59,615 nt of DNA, taken from positions 4,998 to 64,612 of the forward strand of contig JBJYXA010000173.1 of the NCBI GenBank assembly GCA_046259705.1, written 5' to 3'. Every line of letters starts with the position of its first letter. Within the stretch, counting starts at the first letter, position 1. This stretch comes from Caldilineaceae bacterium (GTDB lineage Bacteria; Chloroflexota; Anaerolineae; Caldilineales; Caldilineaceae). Shown piece after piece: positions 8,440 to 18,375 of this stretch. The notes under the pieces were generated by a model that worked only from the letters and a program-made list of their open reading frames with translations, was not told the DNA's origin and ran no database searches. The position numbers and the translations under genes were made by a program.

Positions 8440-9240
8440 ATGGCACCATCGAATGCACCGGCTGCCGATACCGGCGCTTGCGCAACGAATGACGAGGCCG
8501 CGCCGGAAGCACGTGGGACGGCCGCGCGGGCGGAGCCAGTGGTGCTGCTTTTCTTGTGCAGGCGCAGCACGGCCCGCCAGGTTGACGCCACTTGGCCAGA
8601 GGCCTGGAGAGTCCAAGAGCCAACATCCCCTATTGCGCTGGAAATTCATTTCGATTCACAGCAACAGATTCATCTCTTGGTGGTTACCAGCCAACGGGCG
8701 GCCCTACGCCACCTGAGCGTTCATCCATCACAGGCCATATTGGTTGAACTTGATAGCCGGCCCCACAGCCGAGAACACTTCTGCCACGTTCTGCGCCGTC
8801 GTATTCCGGCTATGCCGATTTTCGCAGTAGGCAAGAAGCCGCCAACGGGCCGCTTTTCTTTCGACGGCTACATACCTCTGCCCTTAACCCGGGAACTTGC
8901 TGAGTCTGCCGCCGAGAGTCTGCAAGAAGAGACACCATCGCAGATACTAGAGTGCGGCCCGTTCGAGTTGAACCTGGCCACGCGAACCGTGCATACACCG
9001 GACGGCTCTCGTCGACTAACGCCAAAACTGTGTGCACTACTCCAGCTACTTATGAACAACTCCAATGTTGTAGTAACTCGCCCGGAGATTATGTCCACGA
9101 TCTGGGAAACGTCGTACCTTGACGACACGCGGACGCTGGACGTACACGTGCGCTGGCTACGTGAGTCAATCGAGCCGGATCCCTATAACCCGAAGCACTT
9201 GGTCACCGTTAGGGGCAAAGGATATACGTTTCGATGTTGA
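8440..9240 (+). CDS. OmpR/PhoB-type winged-helix transcriptional regulator with degenerate receiver-like N-terminus
   Basis: The C-terminal domain is clear: ...FELNLATRTVHTPDGSRRLTPKLCALLQLLMNN...TRTLDVHVRWLRESIEPDP...LVTVRGKGYTF. The N-terminal part lacks the acidic DD pocket and the conserved Lys. The start codon is uncertain. Confidence 0.7.
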   Translation: MAPSNAPAADTGACATNDEAAPEARGTAARAEPVVLLFLCRRSTARQVDATWPEAWRVQEPTSPIALEIHFDSQQQIHLLVVTSQRAALRHLSVHPSQAILVELDSRPHSREHFCHVLRRRIPAMPIFAVGKKPPTGRFSFDGYIPLPLTRELAESAAESLQEETPSQILECGPFELNLATRTVHTPDGSRRLTPKLCALLQLLMNNSNVVVTRPEIMSTIWETSYLDDTRTLDVHVRWLRESIEPDPYNPKHLVTVRGKGYTFRC

Positions 9241-9288
9241 TAGGGCTCGGTGCAGGTAGAGAGCGGTTATGCGGTGCCAGCAGTCGGC

Positions 9289-11847
9289 CTAGCCGACTGT
9301 ACGTCTCGCTTCTACGACGTTGGGGAGACGGTCAATTTTTGTGAGTATGCGCGTCAACTGCGTAGCGTCGCGGATTCCCAACGTGGCGTTAATGAGAGCG
9401 AGGTTGTCCTGTTGCCCAGTCAAGGCTTCCACGGTGATCATGTTGATATGCTCATCCGCCACAAGTGCGGCCACGTCACGCATTAGGCCCGACCGATCGT
9501 ACGCGCTGACTTGGATACGCACCGGGTACGAGGCTTCCGGCTGGTCAGCCCATTGAACGTCGACGAGACGATTATCTTCGCCCTGACGCACAATATTGGC
9601 GATGTTTGGACAATTGGTGCGATGGATAGTGACGCCGCTGCCACGCGTTACATAGCCGACGATTGCGTCTCCCGGTACCGGATTGCAGCACTGGCCGAGT
9701 CGCGTCAGTAATCCCTCAACGCCTTGAACGCGGAACCCATCGGTGGCGCCGCGGCCAGCCTCGTCACCGGTTCCCTCTAGGCGATTCTCCCAAGCAGCAA
9801 ATGGGTCCTCTTGCTGGGACTTCTCCCGCTCTTTGCGTTCCTTTTCGAGCACGCGTTGAGCGAGTTGCTGGGAGTTGACATCTCCATAGCCAATGGCCGC
9901 CAAGAAGTCGTCCACTTTTTCATAGCCGAACAACCGCGCCAGTGTCTCGTGGCTGTCGGAAATGGCGAGCCGCTTGATTTCCTTTTCCAACATCTGTCTG
10001 CCACGCTGTATGTTTTCGTCCCTATCTTGCCTGCGCAGCCAACTCCTGATCTTGCTGCGGGCTCTCTGTGTGGCAATGTATTCCAGATTCGGATTCAGCC
10101 AATCACGGCTCGGACCGCCTCGTTTGGCCGTGATCACGGTGACCTGGTCCCCGTTCTGCAGCTTATAGTCCAGCGGCACAAGCTTGCCCTTGATGTTCGC
10201 GCCGCGGCAACGGTGGCCAAGTTCCGTGTGAATGGCGTAGGCGAAATCGATTGGCGTCGAACCCGCGGGCAAGTCGATCACGTCACCTTGAGGAGTGAAG
10301 ACATATACGCGGTCGTGGAACACGTCCGACTGCATGCCTTTGACGAATTCGGCGGCATCCGATACGTCCTGGCGCCACTCCATCAGTTGCCGCAGCCACG
10401 CGATCTTTTCCTGGAACTGGCGCTCGTGGCGTTTTTCCTCTTTATACTGCCAATGTGCGGCGATGCCTCTCTCCGCCACCTCGTGCATCTCGTGCGTGCG
10501 GATCTGGATTTCCATTGGCCGACCGCTACGCCGCGAGAGCACCGCAGTGTGAAGACTCCGGTACATGTTGTCCTTGGGGTTGGCGATATAGTCGTCGAAC
10601 TCACCAGGAATGGGTCGCCAGATGCTGTGGACGATTCCCAGCGCCGCGTAGCATTGGGCCTCGGTGTCGACGATTATACGGAAGCCGTGAATGTCGTAGA
10701 TCTGGTCGAATTCGATGTCTTTTCTATGCATCTTGCGATAGATGCTGTAGATGTGCTTTGGGCGACCCGAGATCTCGGCTTCGATGCCCGCCTTCGCAAG
10801 CTCTTGTCCCAGTTCGATTTTGGTCTTCGCCACCCACTTTTCGCGATCATCTCGTTTTTGTTCGACGGCACGCGCCAGCTCACGGTAGGTATTCGGCTCG
10901 AGATAGCGGAAACTTAGGTCCTCCAACTCCCATTTGATCTGCCATATACCCAGGCGATTCGCCAGTGGTGCAAAGATATCCAGGGTCTCCCGCGCGATCC
11001 GTTTCTGTTTGTGTTTCTTCTGGCTGCCCAACGTACGCATATTGTGCAGCCTGTCGGCCAGCTTGATGATAACGACGCGAACATCGTCAACCATTGCCAG
11101 AAACATCTTGCGCAGCGACTCGGCTTTGGCGTCCGCGATACCTTCTTTAGCGTTTCCAATCTCGTTGATCTTCCTCAACTTCGTCACGCCATCGACGAGA
11201 TTGGCCACAGATTCACCGAAACGGTCGCGAATAAAGGTGATGTCAAAATCCGTATCCTCAACCACATCGTGCAGCAGACCTGCCGCCAGCGTGTCCGGAT
11301 CCATCCGTAGTTCGGCGAGGATGGTGGCAACTGCAATAGGGTGCGTCACATAGGGCTCACCACTATTCCGAAACTGGTCGCGATGGGCATAGCTCGCAAC
11401 AGCGTATGCAGTGAGCAGGAATTCGCGGTCGGGAGCGGCGTACGAATCAGGGAGTATGCGGAGTAACCGATCTAGCGCATGCAACTCCTCGTCGGACGGC
11501 TGAATTTGGACATCCAATCCGCCAGCTGTGATGGGGATAGGCGGTAGGTCCAGCAGCAAACCATAAACGGAATCGAGTGTGGTGCCTGATGGCTGGGGTA
11601 TGTTGAGAGCCAGATGACCATGACCTGCTGAATTCATAGTCACGCCATGATGACTAGTCCCGTTTGTCCCCGCGCGGCCACTGTCGGCAGGAACCTTTGC
11701 AATTGATTGAGAGCCCGGTGTGTTTTCTCGCGTTGTGTCTGAGGACTCCTCGCGCGCTACTTCTTGCTCAACGTCCGCGGTGCTCTTCTGGACCGCACTC
11801 CCCATAGGTAGACACTCCCCGCGGGCTCCGGTAATTCGGTCGCCCAC
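9289..11847 (-). CDS. relA: Bifunctional (p)ppGpp synthetase/hydrolase, RelA/SpoT family
   Basis: It contains an HD hydrolase motif (HDVVEDT), a synthetase region (YRSLHTAV) and TGS and ACT-like C-terminal domains. The low-complexity N-terminal extension makes the true start uncertain, with internal Met codons at 11805 and 11637. Confidence 0.9.
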   Translation of the reverse strand: MGDRITGARGECLPMGSAVQKSTADVEQEVAREESSDTTRENTPGSQSIAKVPADSGRAGTNGTSHHGVTMNSAGHGHLALNIPQPSGTTLDSVYGLLLDLPPIPITAGGLDVQIQPSDEELHALDRLLRILPDSYAAPDREFLLTAYAVASYAHRDQFRNSGEPYVTHPIAVATILAELRMDPDTLAAGLLHDVVEDTDFDITFIRDRFGESVANLVDGVTKLRKINEIGNAKEGIADAKAESLRKMFLAMVDDVRVVIIKLADRLHNMRTLGSQKKHKQKRIARETLDIFAPLANRLGIWQIKWELEDLSFRYLEPNTYRELARAVEQKRDDREKWVAKTKIELGQELAKAGIEAEISGRPKHIYSIYRKMHRKDIEFDQIYDIHGFRIIVDTEAQCYAALGIVHSIWRPIPGEFDDYIANPKDNMYRSLHTAVLSRRSGRPMEIQIRTHEMHEVAERGIAAHWQYKEEKRHERQFQEKIAWLRQLMEWRQDVSDAAEFVKGMQSDVFHDRVYVFTPQGDVIDLPAGSTPIDFAYAIHTELGHRCRGANIKGKLVPLDYKLQNGDQVTVITAKRGGPSRDWLNPNLEYIATQRARSKIRSWLRRQDRDENIQRGRQMLEKEIKRLAISDSHETLARLFGYEKVDDFLAAIGYGDVNSQQLAQRVLEKERKEREKSQQEDPFAAWENRLEGTGDEAGRGATDGFRVQGVEGLLTRLGQCCNPVPGDAIVGYVTRGSGVTIHRTNCPNIANIVRQGEDNRLVDVQWADQPEASYPVRIQVSAYDRSGLMRDVAALVADEHINMITVEALTGQQDNLALINATLGIRDATQLTRILTKIDRLPNVVEARRTVG

Positions 11848-11959
11848 ACCTCAACGTCGCTAGATTCGACGTATGGATACTGTTCGATTATAAACGCGCC
11901 GGGTGGCTCCAGCAACGGCCGAAAAACGAGCATCCTCGGGGGAAATAGGGAAACAAGTT

Positions 11960-14900
11960 TCACTGAATTGGCGGCGCACCCGTTTCTTTGATCAGGCTGT
12001 TGAGTGCGGTGATGTCTGTCACACTCAATTCATTCAATGCCGAAAGTTGCTCGTCGATGGCTGCTGCGTACTCATGCGCTAGCGCGGCCGACTGGACCGT
12101 CGGCGCTGCATCGGCGCTGGCAACGACGCTGATTACTGACGCCAGTGCCGCGTTTAGTCTGTCCCGCTGTATCAGGCTGTACACGTTCTTTTGTTCGCCA
12201 GGCAAGATTAACTCATCCTCGATGGCAGCAAGCTTGTCCAACACGGCATCGGCGGCTTCTGATATTTCCCGGTGGTCCTGCATTCGCTTCTGCCAACCTT
12301 CTACCTGCGTTCTGATTTCGCGCAATTTGTTCACGCCCGCGTGCGCGTCCGAGATCTTGTCCCGGATGCGCAGCAGGAGGCTGAGTTGCGCCTTCAGGTC
12401 GCCGAGGTCCGTGTTCGCGCGCTTATCGTTGACCACATCGAAACCGGCCGACACCTGGTCCTGGCCAACAAACAGTCGCACCGTATAGCTGCCCGGCAAC
12501 ACAAAGGGTCCGGCCAGCGCCTCCGACGCTGTCTTGTTGCCAGCCACGCGTGTCGCACCCTCGTAGCGCAAGTCCCAGACGAAACGGTTGACTCCAGGCT
12601 TCGCAGGCAGCCATGGGCCGGTGTCCAGCGACTTTCGTTTGTCGTCCCACTCGTCATAGCTGGCCGGCCTACGGTGCAAGGTCCGGACCAACTCGCCTTG
12701 AGCATCCACAAACTCCATACGCAAGTCTGTATCGCTGCTCATATCGGAAGGAAGCGCGTAATAAACAATCGCGCCTCGATCAGCCCCTTCCCCCGTATCT
12801 AAAAACGTCCGCTCAACCTGACCGGTTTCCGTGCGTTTTGCGAGGAAGTTCGCGGCCGTCGTGATTCCAATGCTGTACCCGCGACCTTCCGTGGTCGTCC
12901 AGTCCGCGGTCAGATCCGGCAAAACACGGTAGGTCGTGCGCGGGGCAAATAGGCGAATCGAACCTTCAGCTTCGGACGACACAAGCTGCCGTAACGGCGT
13001 CAGGTCATCGGCGATCCATAAGGAGCGGCCGTGTGTGGCAATGACCAAGTCACTATTTTGGACAAGAAGGTCGAACACCGGCGTGACGGGAAAGTTTGCC
13101 CGCCATCGCTGCCACTGGACGCCGTCGTCAAAGGAGACGTAGAGCCCTAGTTCCGTGCCCGCGTACAACAGTCCGGGCTGCTCCGGATCCGAGCGAATGA
13201 CACGCGTGTAGTCGTCGCTGGGTATGCCATCGATGATCTTCCGCCAGGATATGCCGTAGTTTTCGGTGACGTACAGGTACGGCGCCGGATCATCTAGTTT
13301 GTGTCGAATTCCGGCCAGGTACAATTTGCCGGGTTCGTCGGGTGCTGGCTCTAGCGTGCAGATGAAGGTCTGCTCGGGCAATCCTGGGGGCGTCACATTC
13401 TGCCAGGACACACCGTTGTCACGGGAGATGTGCACTAGCCCGTCGTCACTGCCTGCCCAAAAAACACCTGACTCGTGCGGAGACTCGATGAATGCCGAGA
13501 TTGTGGCATAGTGTTCTGCTCCACTCGTGTCCAGCGTAATGGGGCCGCCCGAAGCTAAAAGCGTGGACGCGTCGGCAGCGGTCAAATCAGGGCTAAATGC
13601 CTCCCAACTATGCCCTTCGTCCGTGGTACGGAATGCAACGTTGCCGCATGTGTATAGAATACCTGGGTCATGCGGCGAGAACAGGATCGGATACGTCCAG
13701 GGGAAACGATACTTGAAGTCGGCCGGCGACATACCGCTCGTCGACTGCGGCCATACGTTGATGAGCTGAATCTGGCCGCTCGTCATATCGCACCGCTCCA
13801 ATGAGCCCATTCCGCCGGGCGAGCTTCCCACAGCGCCAACATAGATAATGTCAGGATCTTGCGGATGCACAGCGATGTAGCCGCTTTCACCCGTGCCTGT
13901 TGGGAGACAGTCTGCCCATGCGATGGCGCCCGTATTCGTGTCGCTCGGTACCGCAACACTGCTGTTGTCTTGCTGCGTGCCATATACACGATAGGGAAAG
14001 GCGTTGTCTACTGCAATATGGTAAAACTGAGCCGTGTTCTGATTGTAGATGGTGCTGAAAGACTCACCCGCGTTGAAGGATACGCACGCGCCTCCGTCAT
14101 TGCCTTGTACCATCCGGCGGTTATTTGCAGGGTCTATCCACAGGTCGTGGTTATCGCCGTGCGGTGTCCCAATCTGGGTGAAGGTTTTGCCTCCATCGCT
14201 CGATTTCCACATGTCCAGATTCAGAACGTAGACAGTGTCCGCATCTTGAGTGTCTGCGTAGATGTGCATGTAGTACCAGGGCCGCTGTCGCAGGTCCGGG
14301 TTGTCGGTAAACAATGCCCACGTTTCGCCAAAGTCGTCGGAACGGTATAGACCCGGCTTGTCCTTAGCCTCGATGATAGCCCACACCCGTCCGTTCTTCA
14401 CTGGCGACGCCGCAACACCCAGTTTGCCGAGCAATCCTTCCGGCAAACCCTTCTTGCGCGTGATGTCGGTCCACGTATCTCCGCCATCAGTAGAACGCCA
14501 GAGGCCGCTGCCAGGTCCGCCGCTGGAAAGCTCCCAGAAATTGCGATATGTCTCCCAAAACGTTGCGTACACTACATCTGAATTGCGTTCGTCAATAGAG
14601 AGGTCGACGGCGCCGGCCTTGTCGCTCACGTAAAGAACCTTCTCCCAGCTTTGTCCGCCGTCCCTCGAACGAAACACACCGCGTTCCTCGTTGGCGCCGA
14701 AAGCATGGCCCAACGCTGCCACGTACACAATGTCTGGGTTTCGAGGATGCACGCGTACTCGTCCGATATGCCTCGTGTCTTCGAGCCCCACGTGTGTCCA
14801 CGTATGGCCGTGATCAGTCGACTTGTATACGCCGTCTCCATAAGAGACATCCGTGCGGATCGTGGACTCGCCCATACCTACATAGATGACATTGGGCTGT

Positions 14901-15139
14901 ACTGCGGAGACGGCGATGGCTCCCACGGATGAAGTCTTGAAATATCCGTCCGAAATAGGCGCCCAAGTACTGCCCGCATCCTCTGTCTTCCAGAGCCCTC
15001 CGGCAACAGCGCCAAAGTACGCCACACCGGGATCCGACGGGTCGCCAGCTACAGCCACAACACGTCCGCCCCGAGGCGGACCGATGCACCTGAACTTCAT
15101 GGATTGCAGGAGGTCTTCACGAAGCGATTGCTGGGTCAT
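11960..15139 (-). CDS. Large BNR/Asp-box repeat (sortilin/VPS10-like, glycosyl-hydrolase-like) protein
   Basis: 1059 aa with about 10 Asp-box motifs of the S-x-D-x-G-x-T-W type (TEDAGSTW, STDHGHTW, SRDGGQSW, STDGGDTW, TTDEGHSW, SRDNGVSW and others). The N-terminus FRCIGPPRGGRV is typical of this family. Confidence 0.8.
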   Translation of the reverse strand: MTQQSLREDLLQSMKFRCIGPPRGGRVVAVAGDPSDPGVAYFGAVAGGLWKTEDAGSTWAPISDGYFKTSSVGAIAVSAVQPNVIYVGMGESTIRTDVSYGDGVYKSTDHGHTWTHVGLEDTRHIGRVRVHPRNPDIVYVAALGHAFGANEERGVFRSRDGGQSWEKVLYVSDKAGAVDLSIDERNSDVVYATFWETYRNFWELSSGGPGSGLWRSTDGGDTWTDITRKKGLPEGLLGKLGVAASPVKNGRVWAIIEAKDKPGLYRSDDFGETWALFTDNPDLRQRPWYYMHIYADTQDADTVYVLNLDMWKSSDGGKTFTQIGTPHGDNHDLWIDPANNRRMVQGNDGGACVSFNAGESFSTIYNQNTAQFYHIAVDNAFPYRVYGTQQDNSSVAVPSDTNTGAIAWADCLPTGTGESGYIAVHPQDPDIIYVGAVGSSPGGMGSLERCDMTSGQIQLINVWPQSTSGMSPADFKYRFPWTYPILFSPHDPGILYTCGNVAFRTTDEGHSWEAFSPDLTAADASTLLASGGPITLDTSGAEHYATISAFIESPHESGVFWAGSDDGLVHISRDNGVSWQNVTPPGLPEQTFICTLEPAPDEPGKLYLAGIRHKLDDPAPYLYVTENYGISWRKIIDGIPSDDYTRVIRSDPEQPGLLYAGTELGLYVSFDDGVQWQRWRANFPVTPVFDLLVQNSDLVIATHGRSLWIADDLTPLRQLVSSEAEGSIRLFAPRTTYRVLPDLTADWTTTEGRGYSIGITTAANFLAKRTETGQVERTFLDTGEGADRGAIVYYALPSDMSSDTDLRMEFVDAQGELVRTLHRRPASYDEWDDKRKSLDTGPWLPAKPGVNRFVWDLRYEGATRVAGNKTASEALAGPFVLPGSYTVRLFVGQDQVSAGFDVVNDKRANTDLGDLKAQLSLLLRIRDKISDAHAGVNKLREIRTQVEGWQKRMQDHREISEAADAVLDKLAAIEDELILPGEQKNVYSLIQRDRLNAALASVISVVASADAAPTVQSAALAHEYAAAIDEQLSALNELSVTDITALNSLIKETGAPPIQ

Positions 15140-15600
15140 AGTGGGGTGGTGCTCCCAATGTTTTGCTGTTCGGCCGGGTACGCGCCATTGCGCAGGGGGT
15201 GCCCGTACTGGATCGGTCTATGGACCGAAAGCGCAGAAGTCGTCAAAGTTATCCCCAGGTCTAGTACTAGTGCAGCGGAAGATTGCGATCGTGTCCGGGA
15301 GATCTGACGCTGAGGACCCCGCTTAAGGGTCCGTCCAGGGCTTGAGTCTATGAAATTCGTCTACGACCGATAAGTGTCGCGCATCCCGTAGTTTGCCGCA
15401 AACCGACTTTTTGGCTAGTGAAGGCCCACTCGAGTCGCGATTCGGACAGCATCGCATAGTGTCGCCCAAAATCGGCGAGGGTCGTCTTTTTGCGCTCATG
15501 GCCGGTTGGCCGAAGATAAGGTCTATATGCTCCACCCGCCCTACCTTTAGCGGACAAAACTCGTGTTACCACGTCGGCAGCACTTGGAAAGGAAACCAGA

Positions 15601-16674
15601 ATGCCACATCTTTTTGAACCGTTGTCTCTGCGCGGTGTGTCTTTGCGCAACCGTATAGGCGTCTCGCCTATGTGCCAATACAGTGCAGAATACGGTTTCG
15701 CCACCGACTGGCACTTGTCCCACTACGGTGCTCGGGCCGCCGGCGGGGCTGGGCTCGTCATTGTGGAAGCAACTGCAGTGGAGGCGCGCGGACGCATTTC
15801 GCCCAACGACTTAGGACTTTGGTCGGAGGAGCAAGTGGAACCGTTTGCCCGTGTCGTGCGCTTTCTGCGAGATTATGGCGCCGCATCCGCGATTCAACTT
15901 GCCCATGCGGGCCGCAAAGCAGGCACGGCTCGTCCCTGGGATGGCGGCCAGCCGCTATCCGACGCGGACGGCGGCTGGGATATCGTTGCCCCCAGCCCCA
16001 TCGCTTTCGATGATCACTATCGCACACCGGCGCAGCTAACCGTCGAAGAGATTGTCCGCGTCCAGAATGCATTTATGGAGTCCGCGGAGCGGGCGCACCG
16101 GGCGGGGTTCGATATGGTGGAGATCCACGGTGCACACGGCTATTTGATCCACAGCTTTCACTCGCCGATCTCCAATCAGCGCACCGATGAGTATGGCGGA
16201 AGTTTCGACAATCGGATTCGCTTTACATTGGAAACTGTGGCGGCGGTACGAACCGTCTGGCCGGAAAAAAAACCGCTTGCAGTCCGGCTTTCCTGCACCG
16301 ATTGGGTGGACGGCGGCTGGACACTGGACGAGTCGATCGCCCTTGCCCAAAGGCTGAAGCCGCTCGGAGTAGACCTGATCGATTGCAGTTCGGGAGGAGC
16401 GGCGCCTCATGTACACATACCCGCAGGCGCCGGCTATCAGGTCCCTTTTGCCGAGGCCATACGAACAGAGGCGGATGTTCCGACGGCAGCCGTGGGTATG
16501 ATTACACAGGCACAGCAAGCCGACCAAATCATTCGCAATGGGCGCGCCGATATCACGCTACTTGCGCGCGAAATGTTGCGGAACCCTACCTGGCCATTGG
16601 CGGCTGCCGCCGAATTGGGTCAATCGCAAGCCGCCCTGGCTCCTGCGCAGTATCGCAGGGCTTATGGGAGCTAG
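15601..16674 (+). CDS. NADH:flavin oxidoreductase, Old Yellow Enzyme family (YqjM/NamA type)
   Basis: Motifs include SPMCQY and VEIHGAHGYLIHSF, with a TIM-barrel OYE layout. Length is 357 aa. Confidence 0.85.
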   Translation: MPHLFEPLSLRGVSLRNRIGVSPMCQYSAEYGFATDWHLSHYGARAAGGAGLVIVEATAVEARGRISPNDLGLWSEEQVEPFARVVRFLRDYGAASAIQLAHAGRKAGTARPWDGGQPLSDADGGWDIVAPSPIAFDDHYRTPAQLTVEEIVRVQNAFMESAERAHRAGFDMVEIHGAHGYLIHSFHSPISNQRTDEYGGSFDNRIRFTLETVAAVRTVWPEKKPLAVRLSCTDWVDGGWTLDESIALAQRLKPLGVDLIDCSSGGAAPHVHIPAGAGYQVPFAEAIRTEADVPTAAVGMITQAQQADQIIRNGRADITLLAREMLRNPTWPLAAAAELGQSQAALAPAQYRRAYGS

Positions 16675-16719
16675 AGCAGGGCTGGCAACGAGGTCAACCC
16701 TGCCTGCGCGCAAAGAGCA

Positions 16720-17370
16720 TTATTTGGAGGCCTGTCGCAACGCGGTCAGAAGGGTTCTCGCGGCGCTGTCGCTTGTCGGCCCAAATGCGACTATACCGTC
16801 TTCGTGCCCGCCCATGCTAAATATGCGACGCTCCGGCAGATCCGTCTCTGCGTATAGGCGAACGACCTCCGCGGCCATTTCCGGACATCCGTACGGCACG
16901 CTCGCATTCGTCGTCGGCAATTGCAGTCGTTTGGCCGCGTTCCAGATCTCAGGAGAATGCACGTGAATCACACAGTAAACTTCAGGGTCTAGGTCATAGA
17001 CGACCCCGTGCGTCAGCGATTCTGAAGACGGCTTCCAGGGGCCCGTGGCAACGATGCGGTTGTGTTCCGGCTCGCATTCCTCAACTATAGCGTAGTGTTC
17101 TGGCCCCAAGTCCGCTAGGCTACCGGTCTGCGTGCCAGTGATAGCGAAGCGTCTGTGATGAACTGGCGTATCAAACGGGGCTATGCGTACGCTGATGTTG
17201 CCGAATCCGTATCCCGCGTAGCGTCGCGGATCTTGGCCAATTAACTCGAGCGCGTGCATGATCATTCGGTAACGATTGACGTCCGCGATCTCGTCTGCGG
17301 AAAGCGCGTCACCCGGACTGTATTGCAGATCGAATTTGATGATGCCGTCTTTGGCTGCGGTGATTGCCAT
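16720..17370 (-). CDS. Class II aldolase/adducin family protein
   Basis: 216 aa with GNISVR, a SSE...H segment and a VIHVHSP metal-binding His pattern. Confidence 0.7.
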   Translation of the reverse strand: MAITAAKDGIIKFDLQYSPGDALSADEIADVNRYRMIMHALELIGQDPRRYAGYGFGNISVRIAPFDTPVHHRRFAITGTQTGSLADLGPEHYAIVEECEPEHNRIVATGPWKPSSESLTHGVVYDLDPEVYCVIHVHSPEIWNAAKRLQLPTTNASVPYGCPEMAAEVVRLYAETDLPERRIFSMGGHEDGIVAFGPTSDSAARTLLTALRQASK

Positions 17371-17471
17371 GTTGGCTCCCTAGATATTGTCGGGCGCGTG
17401 AACCATACTTGCACGTCCACTCAAGAATGTTCATTTCCAGTATAGCGACCGCATGAACGAAAGGGGAAATC

Positions 17472-18266
17472 ATGCATCCGTTTGCTTCTCTCGCCGTTCC
17501 ACAACACGCAGTGGGCATCGCCTGGTTTGGGCAGAGTTCCTTTGCGCTGAAGGACAGCGCCGGTACGGTGATCCAGCTAGACCCCTATTTCCCGCACGAG
17601 CGGCCTGAGGAGCGCTATATCTATAGCGAATCGCCCTTGGACGAGACTACCTTGCCAACCGATTACGTGCTGCTCACCCACAACCACCGCGATCATACGT
17701 GGCCCGAATCGCTATTGCGTATCCATGGTGCGTTCCCGATCTGTCGTTTTATTGGGCCGGTAGAAAGCATGCAGAATCTGCGCGAACATGGCATCCCCGA
17801 AGAACTGATGACCGTTGTCACCGCAGACGATATCGTCAGCCTCGGCACTATGCGCGCTCACGTCGTCTGGGCCAAACCGCCAGAGGGCGCACCGGAAGAT
17901 GGCATCGCCGCCCCCGATGTCGATCATCTTGGCTATGTAATTGAGGCGGGCGGCGTGCGCGTCTATGTGTCCGGCGATCCCATAAATACTTTCGCAGAAC
18001 ACGACGAATTGATCCAGCCGATTGCCACGCTCAAGCCGGACATCGGTTTGCTGACTACCCATCCGAACGAAGGCGAATTCCCTTACTTCGACGGTTCGGT
18101 CGCAACTGCGAACAAACTGGGTCTGCGAACAGCGGTGCCGGCCCACTACGCATGCTTTGTCAAGCGTGATTACGACCCAGCCGAATGGGCTGCCGGCTTT
18201 GACGAAGGAGACCCCGAACCGTTGATCATACCGTTCAAAGGATCGGTCGTCTATTCCGTGCCCTAG
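17472..18266 (+). CDS. MBL-fold metallo-hydrolase
   Basis: The HxHxDH motif is present (LLTHNHRDH). Length is 264 aa. Confidence 0.75.
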   Translation: MHPFASLAVPQHAVGIAWFGQSSFALKDSAGTVIQLDPYFPHERPEERYIYSESPLDETTLPTDYVLLTHNHRDHTWPESLLRIHGAFPICRFIGPVESMQNLREHGIPEELMTVVTADDIVSLGTMRAHVVWAKPPEGAPEDGIAAPDVDHLGYVIEAGGVRVYVSGDPINTFAEHDELIQPIATLKPDIGLLTTHPNEGEFPYFDGSVATANKLGLRTAVPAHYACFVKRDYDPAEWAAGFDEGDPEPLIIPFKGSVVYSVP

Positions 18267-18375
18267 CGCACAAACCGCAAAGCTATTCGGTCTCTCGGAG
18301 TCCGCCACGATGAGGCTAGATGTCGACAGAAACCGAGTATTTCATCTGCAGACGCGCTACGCGTATGTATCAGTT

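Noticed and set aside
8320-8442. Extension of the OmpR-like regulator upstream through TGA 8380
   Set aside because: The upstream in-frame translation (MMCDNLARFRVACVGPKRVY-stop-PRQRLQ...) has no receiver-domain character, so a Sec read-through is not supported.
9281-9299. Hairpin CAGTCGG-CCTAG-CCGACTG between the convergent regulator and relA genes, considered as a bidirectional terminator
   Set aside because: The stem is only 7 bp, there is no U-tract on either strand, and it overlaps the relA stop codon. This is too weak to call.
9811-10917. 368-aa plus-strand ORF
   Set aside because: It is antisense to the well-supported relA/spoT gene and shows no family resemblance.
15320-15600. Possible gene remnant on the minus strand (...KKTTLADFGRHYAMLSESRLEWAF...) in the 460-nt gap between the BNR gene and the OYE gene
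   Set aside because: It vaguely resembles an integrase N-terminal segment, but it is short, has no credible start, overlaps the OYE start in the ORF-track version, and I cannot assign a family. I did not report it as a pseudogene.
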